Shown in pieces: positions 9,990 through 19,879 of a stretch of DNA of 64,000 nucleotides. The stretch is taken from assembly GCA_965228735.1 (NCBI GenBank), contig OZ245838.1, forward strand, positions 1 to 64,000, written 5' to 3'. Numbering within the stretch: position 1 is the stretch's first letter; every line of letters begins with the position of its first letter. The stretch is from Planctomycetota bacterium. GTDB lineage: Bacteria; Planctomycetota; UBA1135; UBA2386. The notes beneath the pieces were generated by a model, which did no database searches, was not told the origin of the DNA, and worked only from the letters and a program-made list of their open reading frames with translations. The position numbers and the translations under genes were made by a program.

Positions 9990-10307
9990 CTAACGGACCC
10001 GGGCCTTGCCGCAGGATGCGCAGTGTCGCGCCTTCGGAGTTCGAAGCGGATGCCCGCACTCGACGCACTCCGGCCCGAGGAGCGACAGGCGGTGGTGGAA
10101 GAGTGCATTGCCGTTGGTCTCGTCGAAGCCGGTTATCCGCTCGTATTCCTCGAGCGCGGCAGCAAAGGCCAGCCTGTACGAACCTCTGGTCTTGCCGCTC
10201 TTGAACTCGGACAGGCCCTGAAACAATAGCTTCGACACGCGGGCGAACTCTTCCTCGTCGAGCATTGGGATCACCATCTCGCATCGCCAGCACCAGATCG
10301 CCTTCAC
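9990..10307 (-). CDS. Hypothetical small Cys-rich (zinc-ribbon-like) protein
   Basis: SD GGAG plus GTG; CWRC, CVEC and CASC motifs. Confidence 0.75.
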   Translation of the reverse strand: MKAIWCWRCEMVIPMLDEEEFARVSKLLFQGLSEFKSGKTRGSYRLAFAAALEEYERITGFDETNGNALFHHRLSLLGPECVECGHPLRTPKARHCASCGKARVR

Positions 10308-10379
10308 GGTCGAGTCTCCATCGAGGTAGCGGCCTGCGAATCTCCCGTCTCCGCAAGCGGGAAGACGCCTGTGGTCCGG

Positions 10380-10806
10380 CTAGTCCCACCAACACGCGAC
10401 GGCCGCGAATCCGTCGGGCACCTCGCATGGCTCATACTGGCGATCTGCCTGCCAACCCTTCCACGATTCATCCGGCGCCATCTCGGACGAGAACCAGCCA
10501 CGCACCTCGTCAGGCGAAGCTCTGGTCACGATCCACACGGTGTCGCTGAACGGCCAGTAGTCGGGCTCGTCGAACATCGTGATCTGGACACGGACATCGA
10601 CGACGTCTTCCCGTCCGGCGATTCGCTCCAAGACCACCCGAAACTCGGCGGGGCTTGGAGTCGGGACCAGGTTGCAGCCAATAGAGCCCTCGCTCTCGTT
10701 GCCATCGAAGAACTCGGGGATGGTGAGCAAGTATGTCGGCGACCCCCTCGGCGTCGGGATGGCCGTGCTTGGTGACTCGTGCAGTGATTCGTTCAAGTGG
10801 CGACAT
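10380..10806 (-). pseudogene. Hypothetical acidic protein split by a 1-nt frameshift in a G5 run (pseudogene or assembly error)
   Basis: SD GAGGAG plus ATG 10806 (MSPLERITARVTKHGHPDAEG) is one base out of frame with the body (SPTYLLTIPEFFDGN...ACWWD*). Removing one G at 10743-10747 joins them. Confidence 0.65.
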
Positions 10807-11160
10807 GATGCGCGTCTGCTCCTCTTGATTCTGGCTTGGCGGCATGGACGAGCATGCCACGTCATGAACACGGTGCGTCGTTCTCGGCTCTCCACGACGC
10901 GAGTCTGACCGAACCAACGGAGTGCGTCGACCCTCGCCTGCCGAAACGCCTACTTCCGCATGCGACGCGGGATGACGACGTGGGTGTGGCGTCGAACTGG
11001 AAGGGTGCCTTGGTCTACAGACGCATGCTGCGCCACCGAGGTGAGCCCCCACGCTTCCATCGGGGCCCGGCGTACCCCTGCCGCGGAACGTCTCGACGAT
11101 CAGGCTCCCCGCGAGCGCCCGCAACGCGGAGGGCGGTTGCGGGTCATGCGAAGGCCGCGA

Positions 11161-11718
11161 TCACTTGCCCGATGACTCGGCCGGCTCCTCGGCGCGCTGA
11201 GCTGCGGTCTCGTCGAGCGCGGCCATCGCGCCGTCGAGCGCCTTCGCCACCGACTGCATCATGGCGATCTCGCAGTTGCGCCCGCCGTTGCCGATCGTCG
11301 GATACGACGAGGTCTCGGCGGCGGTGCCCTGCCCGAGCACGTGGTCGTCGGCGCCGCGGAGCGAGCACTTGGCATCGCACGTGGCGCTCGTTCCGAACAT
11401 CGTCCCGCTCATGTCGAAGTCGAGATCGATGTCGACCGTCACGTCCGCGGCGGAGCGCTCGACCACGTGCTCGGCGCCGAACATCTTGGTCAGCATCGAC
11501 CGCGTGGCGTTGCGCACGCCCTGGATCTGGAACGTGTGGCCGCTGGCCTTCGCCGTGAACTCGGCGGGCACGCCCTCGAGATCGAGGTGGACCTTCCGGC
11601 CGTCGAGGGCCGAGCCCTGCATCAGGCTGAAGTCGCGCTCGGGGAACGCGTAGCGGTGCGTGCACGCGGTCGACAGCGCCAGGGAGGTGAGGAGGAGGCA
11701 ACGGGTGAGCGTGGTCAT
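11161..11718 (-). CDS. Hypothetical lipoprotein
   Basis: MTTLTRCLLLTSLALSTAC lipobox; strong GC3 codon bias. Confidence 0.8.
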   Translation of the reverse strand: MTTLTRCLLLTSLALSTACTHRYAFPERDFSLMQGSALDGRKVHLDLEGVPAEFTAKASGHTFQIQGVRNATRSMLTKMFGAEHVVERSAADVTVDIDLDFDMSGTMFGTSATCDAKCSLRGADDHVLGQGTAAETSSYPTIGNGGRNCEIAMMQSVAKALDGAMAALDETAAQRAEEPAESSGK

Positions 11719-11910
11719 CGTCTTGGTCGGTCTGGGTTTCGGTGGGTCGCCGGCCGCGTTCAGGGCGGTCGCGACGACCCGTTCACCTGCAGGAGGTGGG
11801 TGTCCCGGCGATGGTGACCCGCTTTTTCCGGGCCGCTGAGGCCAGCAGGAACCTGGACCGCGCGTGGCGTATCCTGTTCGCGACTCGCGGCCGCACCGGC
11901 CGATTCCATC

Positions 11911-12246
11911 GTGAGCCCGTTCCGAGAACCCGAACACCCGATCCTCGAGGACCCCTGGCGTTACTCGATCGCCGCGATGCGCTACCACGTCGGTCTCGAC
12001 GGCACCGAACCGACGCTCGACCTCGAGCTCGTGCGGGGTGACGTGACGCGGCGATTGCGCTGCTACTCGCCGCAGGACCTCGTGATCGAGGAAGGCTTCC
12101 CGCAGCCGACGCACGGCACGGTCATTCTCGATGCGCGTCACCGCGGACTCGAGGGACTCGGCGTCGAGGTCTCGGACTTCGAAGGGGCCAAGGGCAGCAT
12201 CACGTTCTGGGCGCGGGACGTCGTCGACCTGGACGAAGACTCCTGA
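11911..12246 (+). CDS. Hypothetical protein (111 aa)
   Basis: Host-like codon usage and globular acidic composition; no family recognised. Confidence 0.7.
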   Translation: MSPFREPEHPILEDPWRYSIAAMRYHVGLDGTEPTLDLELVRGDVTRRLRCYSPQDLVIEEGFPQPTHGTVILDARHRGLEGLGVEVSDFEGAKGSITFWARDVVDLDEDS

Positions 12247-12367
12247 AGTCAGGGCGGGTCGACACGCCGAGGAGGAGGGGGTCGCGTCTCGTCCGCTGTT
12301 GGCTGCCGATCACGGCGCGACGATGACGGAGGGCGGCGCCAGCAGCGTGGGGCTGGACATGTATTCT

Positions 12368-12388
12368 GCATGCAAGCATGCTGTATGC
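12368..12388. promoter_or_regulatory. Putative TA operator palindromes
   Basis: Adjacent palindromes TGCATGCA and AGCATGCT immediately before the antitoxin ATG. Confidence 0.5.
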
Positions 12389-12619
12389 ATGGCCAAGGCG
12401 CTGCAGATACGGAACGTTCCCGCCGGGGTTCATCGGCGACTCAAGATGCGGGCGGCTGCCGCCGGGATGTCGTTGTCGGAGCTGCTCCTGGCCGAGATCA
12501 CCCGGTTTGCGGAACTGCCGACGGCGGCCGAGATGCAGGAACGTCTGCGTTCGCGCCGATCCACGAAGCTTGCCGAGTCGGCCGCGGAGGCAGTTCGGAA
12601 GGAGCGTGACTCGGCGTGA
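12389..12619 (+). CDS. vapB: FitA-like ribbon-helix-helix antitoxin
   Basis: LQIRNVPAGVHRRLKMRAAAAGMSLSE is an RHH pattern; GTGA overlap with the PIN toxin. Confidence 0.88.
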   Translation: MAKALQIRNVPAGVHRRLKMRAAAAGMSLSELLLAEITRFAELPTAAEMQERLRSRRSTKLAESAAEAVRKERDSA

Positions 12620-13008
12620 TCGTCGTCGACGCCTCGGCGATGGTGGAGGTGTTGCTCGGGACCGACACCGGTCGCGAAGTCGACGATCTCGTGCTCGGAG
12701 CAGATTCACGGCACGCCCCGCATCTGCTCGATATCGAAGTGGCCCAGGTGTTGCGGCGGTTCGTTCGAGCCGAAGCGATCACCGCAGCGCGTGCTCGCCA
12801 GGCTCTCGAGGACTTGTGCGCGTTCCCGATGCGGCGGCACGCCCACGTGGAGCTCCTCGAACGCATGTTCGAGTTGCGGGCGAGCTTCACCGCCTACGAC
12901 GCCGTGTATCTGGCGTTGGCCGAAGCGCTCGATGCCACGTTGGTGACCTGTGACGAGGCCATGGCCCGGGCGCCGCGTCGTCGGGTTCGGGTTCGCGTCT
13001 TCCGTTGA
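12616..13008 (+). CDS. vapC: PIN-domain toxin
   Basis: MIVVDASA, EVAQVLRR and TAYDAVYLALAEALDATLVTCD motifs. Confidence 0.95.
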   Translation: MIVVDASAMVEVLLGTDTGREVDDLVLGADSRHAPHLLDIEVAQVLRRFVRAEAITAARARQALEDLCAFPMRRHAHVELLERMFELRASFTAYDAVYLALAEALDATLVTCDEAMARAPRRRVRVRVFR

Positions 13009-13030
13009 GCTGAGTGCGAAGTGGCGAGGG

Positions 13031-13537
13031 CTACGCGTCCGTGACGTAGGTCACACTCCGAGGTTCGACGAGTCGGGCCGCGCGATCGCGTTCGTCGCGC
13101 GTGTGGCTCGAGACCAGCAGCAGCGCTTCGCCGTCCTGCAGCTCGAGAACGAGCCGGCGCAACCGCGGATTGACGAGTCCCGCGCCGACGATGCCCGACA
13201 TGAGCGCGCCGATCGCGGTGCCCATGATGCCGCCGAGAACGACGCCCATGGCGACCGCCATCTCGAGCACGGAGAACAGCAGATAGCCGAACCCGATGCC
13301 CAGCGTCGAGCCGAACAGCAAGCCGATCCGCAGTCCGCGGCGGCCGTCGGACTCGGCCCACGTGCTGTTGTTGCCGAGACCTGCGAGGATCTGTTCGCCG
13401 CCCTTGCCATCCGAGCCGTCGCACACGAGGACCTTGCTGACCGTCTGGCCGAGGCCGCGAGCTGGCAACTCGGCTTGCAGGGCGCGCGCCGCTTCGGCGT
13501 CGGGCAGGCGGGCGAACACGGCATGGCGGTAGATCAT
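13031..13537 (-). CDS. Membrane protein with glycine-zipper helices
   Basis: Gly-rich hydrophobic hairpin GLLFGSTLGIG...GGIMGTAIGALMSG flanked by alpha/beta segments. Confidence 0.7.
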   Translation of the reverse strand: MIYRHAVFARLPDAEAARALQAELPARGLGQTVSKVLVCDGSDGKGGEQILAGLGNNSTWAESDGRRGLRIGLLFGSTLGIGFGYLLFSVLEMAVAMGVVLGGIMGTAIGALMSGIVGAGLVNPRLRRLVLELQDGEALLLVSSHTRDERDRAARLVEPRSVTYVTDA

Positions 13538-13648
13538 TCTCGTCGGCCCGATCGTCGCATGGGCAACTCGGGTGGTCGGACGCAATTTCGGACCTTGAAC
13601 GACAGGGCACGATAGGATCGGGCCAACGTCTCACCCAGGAGGATCGGA

Positions 13649-16069
13649 ATGGCACGCGCACGACGCATGTCCAGGGGCTGGCTCCGCCGCCCGTTCGTCA
13701 CGTTCGGCTTCGTTCTCATGGTTGCGGTCGCGACCGGGAGCATCGGTCGGGCGCAGGCCTACCTGATCGACGCCGAGGTCGCGGACACCGCCTATGCGGC
13801 GCTCTCCAGCACTCGCACGTCCCAGGGCTACCGACCGATCTCCGTGACCGCGCGCGGCACGCCCGGCGCGGCGCTGTTCCAGGTCGTCTGGAGCAACGAC
13901 CAGTCGGTCGCCTGGCAGGCGACGCACGGGTTGACGCGGTCGGCCTACCAGACCTACTACAACAGCGCGGTCGCCGCCGGCTTCCGGCCGTTGTGCGTCG
14001 ACTCGTACGGCGACGCGCCGAACGAGCAGTACGTCGCGGTGTTCACCGACGACGACATCGGCCAGTGGACAGCCCGCACCGGGATGACGACCGCGTTGTT
14101 CCAGACGATCACCAACCAGTTCGTGACCCAGGGCTATCGGGTCTACTGGATGGGGGCGAGCGGCAGCGGCAGCACGACGACGCTCTCGGCGTTGTGGCGG
14201 CGTGACGGGCGCGGCTGGCAGACCCTCTACAACGTCTCGCCTGCCAACTTCCCGTCGCAGCTCGCCGGCGCGCACCTCAATCTCGGGCGGTTGTTGTCCA
14301 CGACGAACTACGGCACCGCGCCGTTCTTCGCTGCGACGTGGGACTACGGCTCGTGCGTCGACAGCGACTTTCGCGCCGGCATGACGCTGGCGACTCTCGG
14401 CACCGAGGCGGCGGCGTTCGGCGCGATGGGCTGGCGTCCCAAGACGGTCGATGCCTACGACACGCCGAGCGGCGTGCGATTCAACGCGTCGTGGGAGGAG
14501 ACCCCGGCACCCCGGGTCTGGACCGTGACCGGTCCGAGCGATCCGAGCCTCGTGTCGTTCGACAACGAGATGCGGGACTACATGGAGTTCGAGGGCACGA
14601 CCATGGCGGCGTTGGCCGTCGTGCGCGACGGTCGGCTGGTGCACGCTCGCGGCTACACGTGGGCGGCCGCCGGTCACCCGATCACGGAGCCGTGGACGCG
14701 TTTTCGGATCGCGAGCATCAGCAAGCCGATGACGTCCGCGGGCATTCTGCGGCTCGTCGACCAGGGTCAGATCCAGCTCGATCAGGCCGTGTCCACGATC
14801 CTCGACATGTCGAGTTGGACGGACCCGCGCGCGCAGTCGATCACCGTGCGCCAACTGCTGCAGCATTGGGGTGGTTGGGACCGCCAGGCGTCCGGCGACC
14901 CGATGTTCATGGACGCCGCGATCAGCGCGGCGCTGAGTCGTCCGCTGCCGATCGGCGTGCAGGACATCATCGACTACATGTCGACGCGGCCGCTCGACTT
15001 CAACCCGGGGCAGCGCTTCGCGTATTCCAACTTCGGCTTCTGTCTGCTCGGTCGCATCATCGAGCAGGTGTCGGGCAAGACCTACGAGCAGTTCATGCTC
15101 GAGGAGGTGTTCGGGCCGATCGGTGCGTCTGGCATGCGGATCACCGGCTCACTGCTCGGCGAGCAGATCCCGGACGAGGGGCAGTATCAGCACTGCTTCC
15201 TGGAGCAGCCTTCGGTCATGGGCACTCCGGGCAACGTCCCGGTGCCCTACGGCGCGTTCAACATGGGGAACGCGGACTCGGCCGGCGCGTGGGCGGCCTC
15301 GGCCGTCGACCTCGCGCGCTTCGCGACCGCGTTCGATGATCCGGCCAACTCGCCGCTGCTGTCGCAGAGTTCGATCAACGAGATGTGGGCCCGGCCGGCG
15401 GCGTGGAGCCCCAATGACCCGGTCTACTACGCACTGGGTTGGGTCGTTCACGTTCTCAATCCGCAGGGTGACATCAACACGTGGCACGACGGCGGGCTGC
15501 CCGGCACGGCGACCATGATGGTGCGGCGGTCGGACGACACGACCTGGGTCGTGTTGCTCAACCAACGTTCCAGGACGGCCTATGAGATCGACGGCAGGTT
15601 GCACACCGCCGCCAACGCCGTCGCGAACTGGCCGGCGCACGACCTGTTCGACACCCACGGCGCGGTCTCGACCTACGGCGACGGCTGTCCGGGCGCGCTC
15701 GGCGAGCCCGTGCTGCAACAGGGCGTGAGCAGCAACCCGCGCAGCGGCGGCGCGGTCGAGATCGAGGTCGGCCCGCTGCCGCCGGCGCTGCCCGCGAGCC
15801 TCTACCTCGGCTTCTCGAACACGAGCTGGTCCGGTGGTCCGCTGCCGATGCCGCTGACCGGGTTCGGACTCGGTCCGAGCTGCGTGATGCAGGCCGAACC
15901 GCTCGTGTCCTACGGCATGATCCGGCAGACCGACCGCGCGCTCCTGACGCTGCCGATCCCGAATGCGGTCGGCCTGTCGATCTTCGGCCAGGCCGTGGCC
16001 CTCGACTTCTCGGCGCCCGGCAGCGTGACCGTGACGAACGGCATCGAGATCCGGATCGGCGATCACTAG
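13649..16069 (+). CDS. Secreted serine hydrolase (beta-lactamase-related) with N-terminal tandem repeats (BTRD1/polyglycine-hydrolase-like) and shared C-terminal domain
   Basis: ASISK (SxxK), YSNFG and HDGGLPG motifs; about five repeats of the type GYRPxxV...F/YxAxW. Confidence 0.9.
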   Translation: MARARRMSRGWLRRPFVTFGFVLMVAVATGSIGRAQAYLIDAEVADTAYAALSSTRTSQGYRPISVTARGTPGAALFQVVWSNDQSVAWQATHGLTRSAYQTYYNSAVAAGFRPLCVDSYGDAPNEQYVAVFTDDDIGQWTARTGMTTALFQTITNQFVTQGYRVYWMGASGSGSTTTLSALWRRDGRGWQTLYNVSPANFPSQLAGAHLNLGRLLSTTNYGTAPFFAATWDYGSCVDSDFRAGMTLATLGTEAAAFGAMGWRPKTVDAYDTPSGVRFNASWEETPAPRVWTVTGPSDPSLVSFDNEMRDYMEFEGTTMAALAVVRDGRLVHARGYTWAAAGHPITEPWTRFRIASISKPMTSAGILRLVDQGQIQLDQAVSTILDMSSWTDPRAQSITVRQLLQHWGGWDRQASGDPMFMDAAISAALSRPLPIGVQDIIDYMSTRPLDFNPGQRFAYSNFGFCLLGRIIEQVSGKTYEQFMLEEVFGPIGASGMRITGSLLGEQIPDEGQYQHCFLEQPSVMGTPGNVPVPYGAFNMGNADSAGAWAASAVDLARFATAFDDPANSPLLSQSSINEMWARPAAWSPNDPVYYALGWVVHVLNPQGDINTWHDGGLPGTATMMVRRSDDTTWVVLLNQRSRTAYEIDGRLHTAANAVANWPAHDLFDTHGAVSTYGDGCPGALGEPVLQQGVSSNPRSGGAVEIEVGPLPPALPASLYLGFSNTSWSGGPLPMPLTGFGLGPSCVMQAEPLVSYGMIRQTDRALLTLPIPNAVGLSIFGQAVALDFSAPGSVTVTNGIEIRIGDH

Positions 16070-16124
16070 CGCACGCCGTCCGTGCATCCGGCCGCCGACG
16101 ATACCCCGGCGGCCGGTTCGCGGC

Positions 16125-18509
16125 TCAGCTGCCGACCACCGTGCGCAGGTGGTCGCTGCTGGCGAGGGTCGTCGGCGTCGTGAGCGCCGGATCGAACATC
16201 GCGGCCTGCCAGAAGATCCCCAGGCCCGTGAACACGGGGCTGTTCGGGATCGTCGTCGGCAGGGTGGCGCCGGACGGCACGAGGCCGAGCGCGATGTCGG
16301 CTTCGATCGAGATCGCGCAACCCGGGACGCCGGTGCCCGGAATCGGTGCCGGCAGGTTCTGACCCTGCCAGAACGTGTTGCCGAAGCCCGCGTTCATGAA
16401 CGACGGCAGCATCACGCCGCTCTCCACGCCGATCTCGAACGTCGAGCCCGTGTGCGTCGAGCCCGTCTGCACGACGCGCAGGGTTGCGCCCGTGCTGTCC
16501 GGGCAGCCGGCACCGCCGCGCGCGACCTCGCCGTCGCAGTCGAGCGTGAAGATCTCGAAGTCGTCGACGGCCGCCTCCACGATCGAGCCCGGCGCGTCGT
16601 CCGTCGCGATGAAGCGGAACCGCACCTGGTTGCCGGGCGTGACGTAGTCGCTGACCTTGAAGCTGTGCTGATACCAGCCGCCCGTGGCCTCCACGCTGTC
16701 GCGCGCGACGGTCTCGACGTTGACCCACTGCTGGGTCGCGCTGTCGAACGCGTCGACGACGAAGTCGTCATCGCGGTTCGACGTGAAGCTGTTGGAATAC
16801 CAGCGCCAGTAGCTCACGTAACTGTCCGGCGCGTTCGTGAAGTCGAGCGCGGGGGACATGAGCGTCGTGAACCCGTTGTCGACGTCGTTGCTGCCGACGC
16901 CGGCGCCCGCGAAGCCGTTGGTGACCCAGCAGTTCACGCCGCCCGGCGTGTGATCGTCGCCGGGCTGCGCGGCGGTCGGCTCCGGATCCATCCGGTTCCA
17001 CTGACCCGTCGTCGCGGTGTCACCGGGCTGGCCGCCGACCCAGCCGGACGCGACCTCGAACGGATCGGTCGAAGTCACGTTGACCATGGCAGCCGTCGGG
17101 ACCGTGATCGGCTGGGATTCCCAGACGCCGGCCTGCGTGTCGTTGGCGGCAAACACGATCGTCACGTCGTCGCTGCACGTGAACCCCGGCAGTTCGGCCT
17201 CGTAGACGTTCGGCGCCAGTTGCGTCATCGCGATCGTCTGCGTGCCGTTGCCCGGCGAGGTCACGCGCACGCGCCCCGTGCCCGGCTGCGGCGTCGCGTT
17301 GGCTCCGGCGACGTCCACGCGGATCGTCGTGCCGCCGGCGGGATCGGCCGAGGTCGGCAGGCCGTTCGGGTACGAGAACGCCAGCCCGGGCGGCGTCAGC
17401 TGCACGTCGATCGTCTGGCTCGCGTTGGTCACGGTCACGTTGACGTCGACGGTCTGGTAGCCCGGGAGCTCGAAGCGGATCGTGTGCGGCCCGTTCGGCA
17501 AGAACGCGTGGTAGCGGCCGAACGTCGGCTCGCTGCGGTTCTGTTCGCCGAACGCGGCGGGCGTGTTGGGGTAGGTGATCGTCGCCTCGACCGGCAGGCC
17601 GGTGATCGCGTCGGTGACGTGCCCCTGCACCGGGATCGGTCGCTCGAGCATCCAGATCGTGCCGGGCCAGAGGAGCGCCGCTTCGGAGTCCGCGCTCGCG
17701 CGCGTCGGCGACTGCGTGTTGCTGATCTCGGTCAGGAACGCGTAGTTGCTGTAGGCGCCGAGCTGGTGCTGGTAGTGCTCACCGTCCGAACTCGGCCCGC
17801 GGGTCTGCCCGCCGTAGCCCGATGCAGTCGACAGCGCGGTCGCCTCGGCCTGCCACCACGACTGAAACACGTGCGGGCCGCAGGCCTGGTCGTAGCCGTA
17901 GAGCACCTCGCGCCCGGAGCTGTGGTAGTCGAGCACCTTGGTGAAGCGCTCGGCCTCGGAGAACGCCATCATCGTCTGCGTCTCGATCTCGGAGCCCGGA
18001 CTCGGGCCGCGCAGCCCGGAGTTGCACGGGCTCGCCCACGAGAACGGATAGTTGCGGTTGAGGTCGACGCCGCTGTTGTTGTTGCGATTGAACGGATAGC
18101 CGTCCGGGTTCCAGCACGGCGCGATCCAGATCTCGTAGCTGTCGACGAGCGCGGTGATCTGCGGGTCCGAGCCGTAGTTGCTGAGGAACTCGTTGATCGC
18201 GTAGAGCGCGACGATCGGGGTGCCGTACTCGTTGCTGTGGTGGGACGAGACCATCAGGAACCGCGGTTCGTCCTCGCTGACCGTGACGTTGTCCGAGATC
18301 TTGACCGCGTAGATCGAGTTGGCGCCCTGCGTGTTCGACGGCCCGTAGGTCGCCGAGACGTTCACGAGCTGGCAGATGCCGGGGTTGGCGTTCGCCGCGT
18401 TGGTCATCGTCGTGACCATGTCGGCGTACGTCGGGAAGTTGGCGATCTGCGAGCGCAGCGCCGGGACGAGAGCGAGGGCCGCGAGTGCGGCGAGCGTGAG
18501 ACGTGGCAT
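16125..18509 (-). CDS. Secreted M14 zinc carboxypeptidase with accessory domains
   Basis: HSNE (HxxE), NPDG, GVDLNRNY, SEIET and DYHS motifs; signal peptide from ATG 18509. Confidence 0.92.
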   Translation of the reverse strand: MPRLTLAALAALALVPALRSQIANFPTYADMVTTMTNAANANPGICQLVNVSATYGPSNTQGANSIYAVKISDNVTVSEDEPRFLMVSSHHSNEYGTPIVALYAINEFLSNYGSDPQITALVDSYEIWIAPCWNPDGYPFNRNNNSGVDLNRNYPFSWASPCNSGLRGPSPGSEIETQTMMAFSEAERFTKVLDYHSSGREVLYGYDQACGPHVFQSWWQAEATALSTASGYGGQTRGPSSDGEHYQHQLGAYSNYAFLTEISNTQSPTRASADSEAALLWPGTIWMLERPIPVQGHVTDAITGLPVEATITYPNTPAAFGEQNRSEPTFGRYHAFLPNGPHTIRFELPGYQTVDVNVTVTNASQTIDVQLTPPGLAFSYPNGLPTSADPAGGTTIRVDVAGANATPQPGTGRVRVTSPGNGTQTIAMTQLAPNVYEAELPGFTCSDDVTIVFAANDTQAGVWESQPITVPTAAMVNVTSTDPFEVASGWVGGQPGDTATTGQWNRMDPEPTAAQPGDDHTPGGVNCWVTNGFAGAGVGSNDVDNGFTTLMSPALDFTNAPDSYVSYWRWYSNSFTSNRDDDFVVDAFDSATQQWVNVETVARDSVEATGGWYQHSFKVSDYVTPGNQVRFRFIATDDAPGSIVEAAVDDFEIFTLDCDGEVARGGAGCPDSTGATLRVVQTGSTHTGSTFEIGVESGVMLPSFMNAGFGNTFWQGQNLPAPIPGTGVPGCAISIEADIALGLVPSGATLPTTIPNSPVFTGLGIFWQAAMFDPALTTPTTLASSDHLRTVVGS

Positions 18510-18693
18510 GCGTGAGTGGAGGCGGGGCGGTGGCTGGACCGGGCCGGGGCAGGCTGCCCAATGGTAGCTCCCCGGCGGGGTTTCGCGATCGGGGTGACGG
18601 CTGGCCGCAACGGAAAGGCCGGGCGGGGCGGTGCCGAACCCCGGTCGGGCGACTTTCCTGGCGCAGCCGTGGGGGTCACGGGAATGGGCTTCG

Positions 18694-19836
18694 ATGACCC
18701 GTTCGATCCAGGACCGTCCCGTTCCGGGCTTCTTCTCCGCGTTCTCCGTCGCCGTGCTCGGCGCCGTGCCGCTCGCAGCCCAGGCGACGTTGCACGTCTC
18801 GCCAACCGGACCGTTCACCGAGATCGGCGCTGCTGTGGCCGCGGCGAATCCCGGCGACACGATCGCCGTGCAGTCGGGCACCTACGCGAGCTTCACCGTG
18901 ACCGAGGCGATCTCGGTGCTCGGTGACTCCGCCGGCGGCGTGTTCGTCACCGGTGGGTTCGAGGTGCGCAACGTTCCGGTCGGGGGCGCGGTGCACATCG
19001 CGAACCTCGAGCTCGTGCAGTCGTCGTCGAGCTCGTGGATCCGCGACAACGACGCGCCCGTGCATCTCGATCACGTGCAGAGCCTGCGCACGTTCGGCTT
19101 CACCGTCGAACGGTGCGAACTCGTCACGATGTCACGATGCACCTTGCGGGGCGGACCGATCGTGCTCGATGCGCGCAGCAGCACGGTGCTGCTCGACGGG
19201 TGCACGCTCGTGAACGAGCCGGTCGGGGTTTCCGGCAGCGTCACGCTGCGGTGCTTCGACTCGCTCGTCGAGCTCGGCGCGACGACGGTGCTCGGCGCGC
19301 CGCCCAACGCGCTGCTCTTCGCGACGCCGGGCGCCGTGCTCCTGTCCGGCACGCTCCGGCTCGGGGCCGGCACGCTCGTGCAGTCCGGGGCGAACGCGAT
19401 CACGGTCACCCCGGGCATCACGACGTTTGGTGGCACGCTCGAGGTCGACGCGGGGGCCGCGATCGTCGGCGCGGGCACATCGATGCCGGTCTTCGGCTCC
19501 GTGCAGCCGACGCCGGTGCTCCTCGGTTCGACGCGGTCGTCGGGCGGCACGATCGGCGCGGCATTGGCTGGCGAGGTGAGGGGGCCGTCGGGCGCGTTCG
19601 GTGTGACGTTCCTCGGCTTTCCCGCGCCCGCGGCGCCGACGATCGCGGGCTCGATCTGGACGTCGCAACCCGTGGTGTTCGACGTCGGGCCGATCGGTGC
19701 CGGCGGCGCGCGGCCGTACTCGGTCGCGGTGCCTGCGAGCGTGCCGCCAGGCACCGCGATCCTGACGCAGGCGCTGCTCGTCACGCCGTCGGCGTTCACG
19801 CTCTCGGTGCCGGCCGTCAGCGTGCTGGCGAACTGA
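18694..19836 (+). CDS. Secreted beta-helix (pectin-lyase-like) protein
   Basis: Beta-helix cap motif FTEIGAAVAAANPGDTIAVQSGTY; signal peptide. Confidence 0.75.
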   Translation: MTRSIQDRPVPGFFSAFSVAVLGAVPLAAQATLHVSPTGPFTEIGAAVAAANPGDTIAVQSGTYASFTVTEAISVLGDSAGGVFVTGGFEVRNVPVGGAVHIANLELVQSSSSSWIRDNDAPVHLDHVQSLRTFGFTVERCELVTMSRCTLRGGPIVLDARSSTVLLDGCTLVNEPVGVSGSVTLRCFDSLVELGATTVLGAPPNALLFATPGAVLLSGTLRLGAGTLVQSGANAITVTPGITTFGGTLEVDAGAAIVGAGTSMPVFGSVQPTPVLLGSTRSSGGTIGAALAGEVRGPSGAFGVTFLGFPAPAAPTIAGSIWTSQPVVFDVGPIGAGGARPYSVAVPASVPPGTAILTQALLVTPSAFTLSVPAVSVLAN

Positions 19837-19879
19837 ACGGAACCGGGAGTTCCCCTGGAGCGCGGACCTCTTGCGTGCG

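Noticed and set aside
9679..12260. Integron cassette array or tRNA-Arg attR duplication
   Set aside because: No paired RYYYAAC/GTTRRRY attC sites and no integrase. The only tRNA match is GACTCCTGA (9 bp) near 12238-12246, which is compatible with chance.
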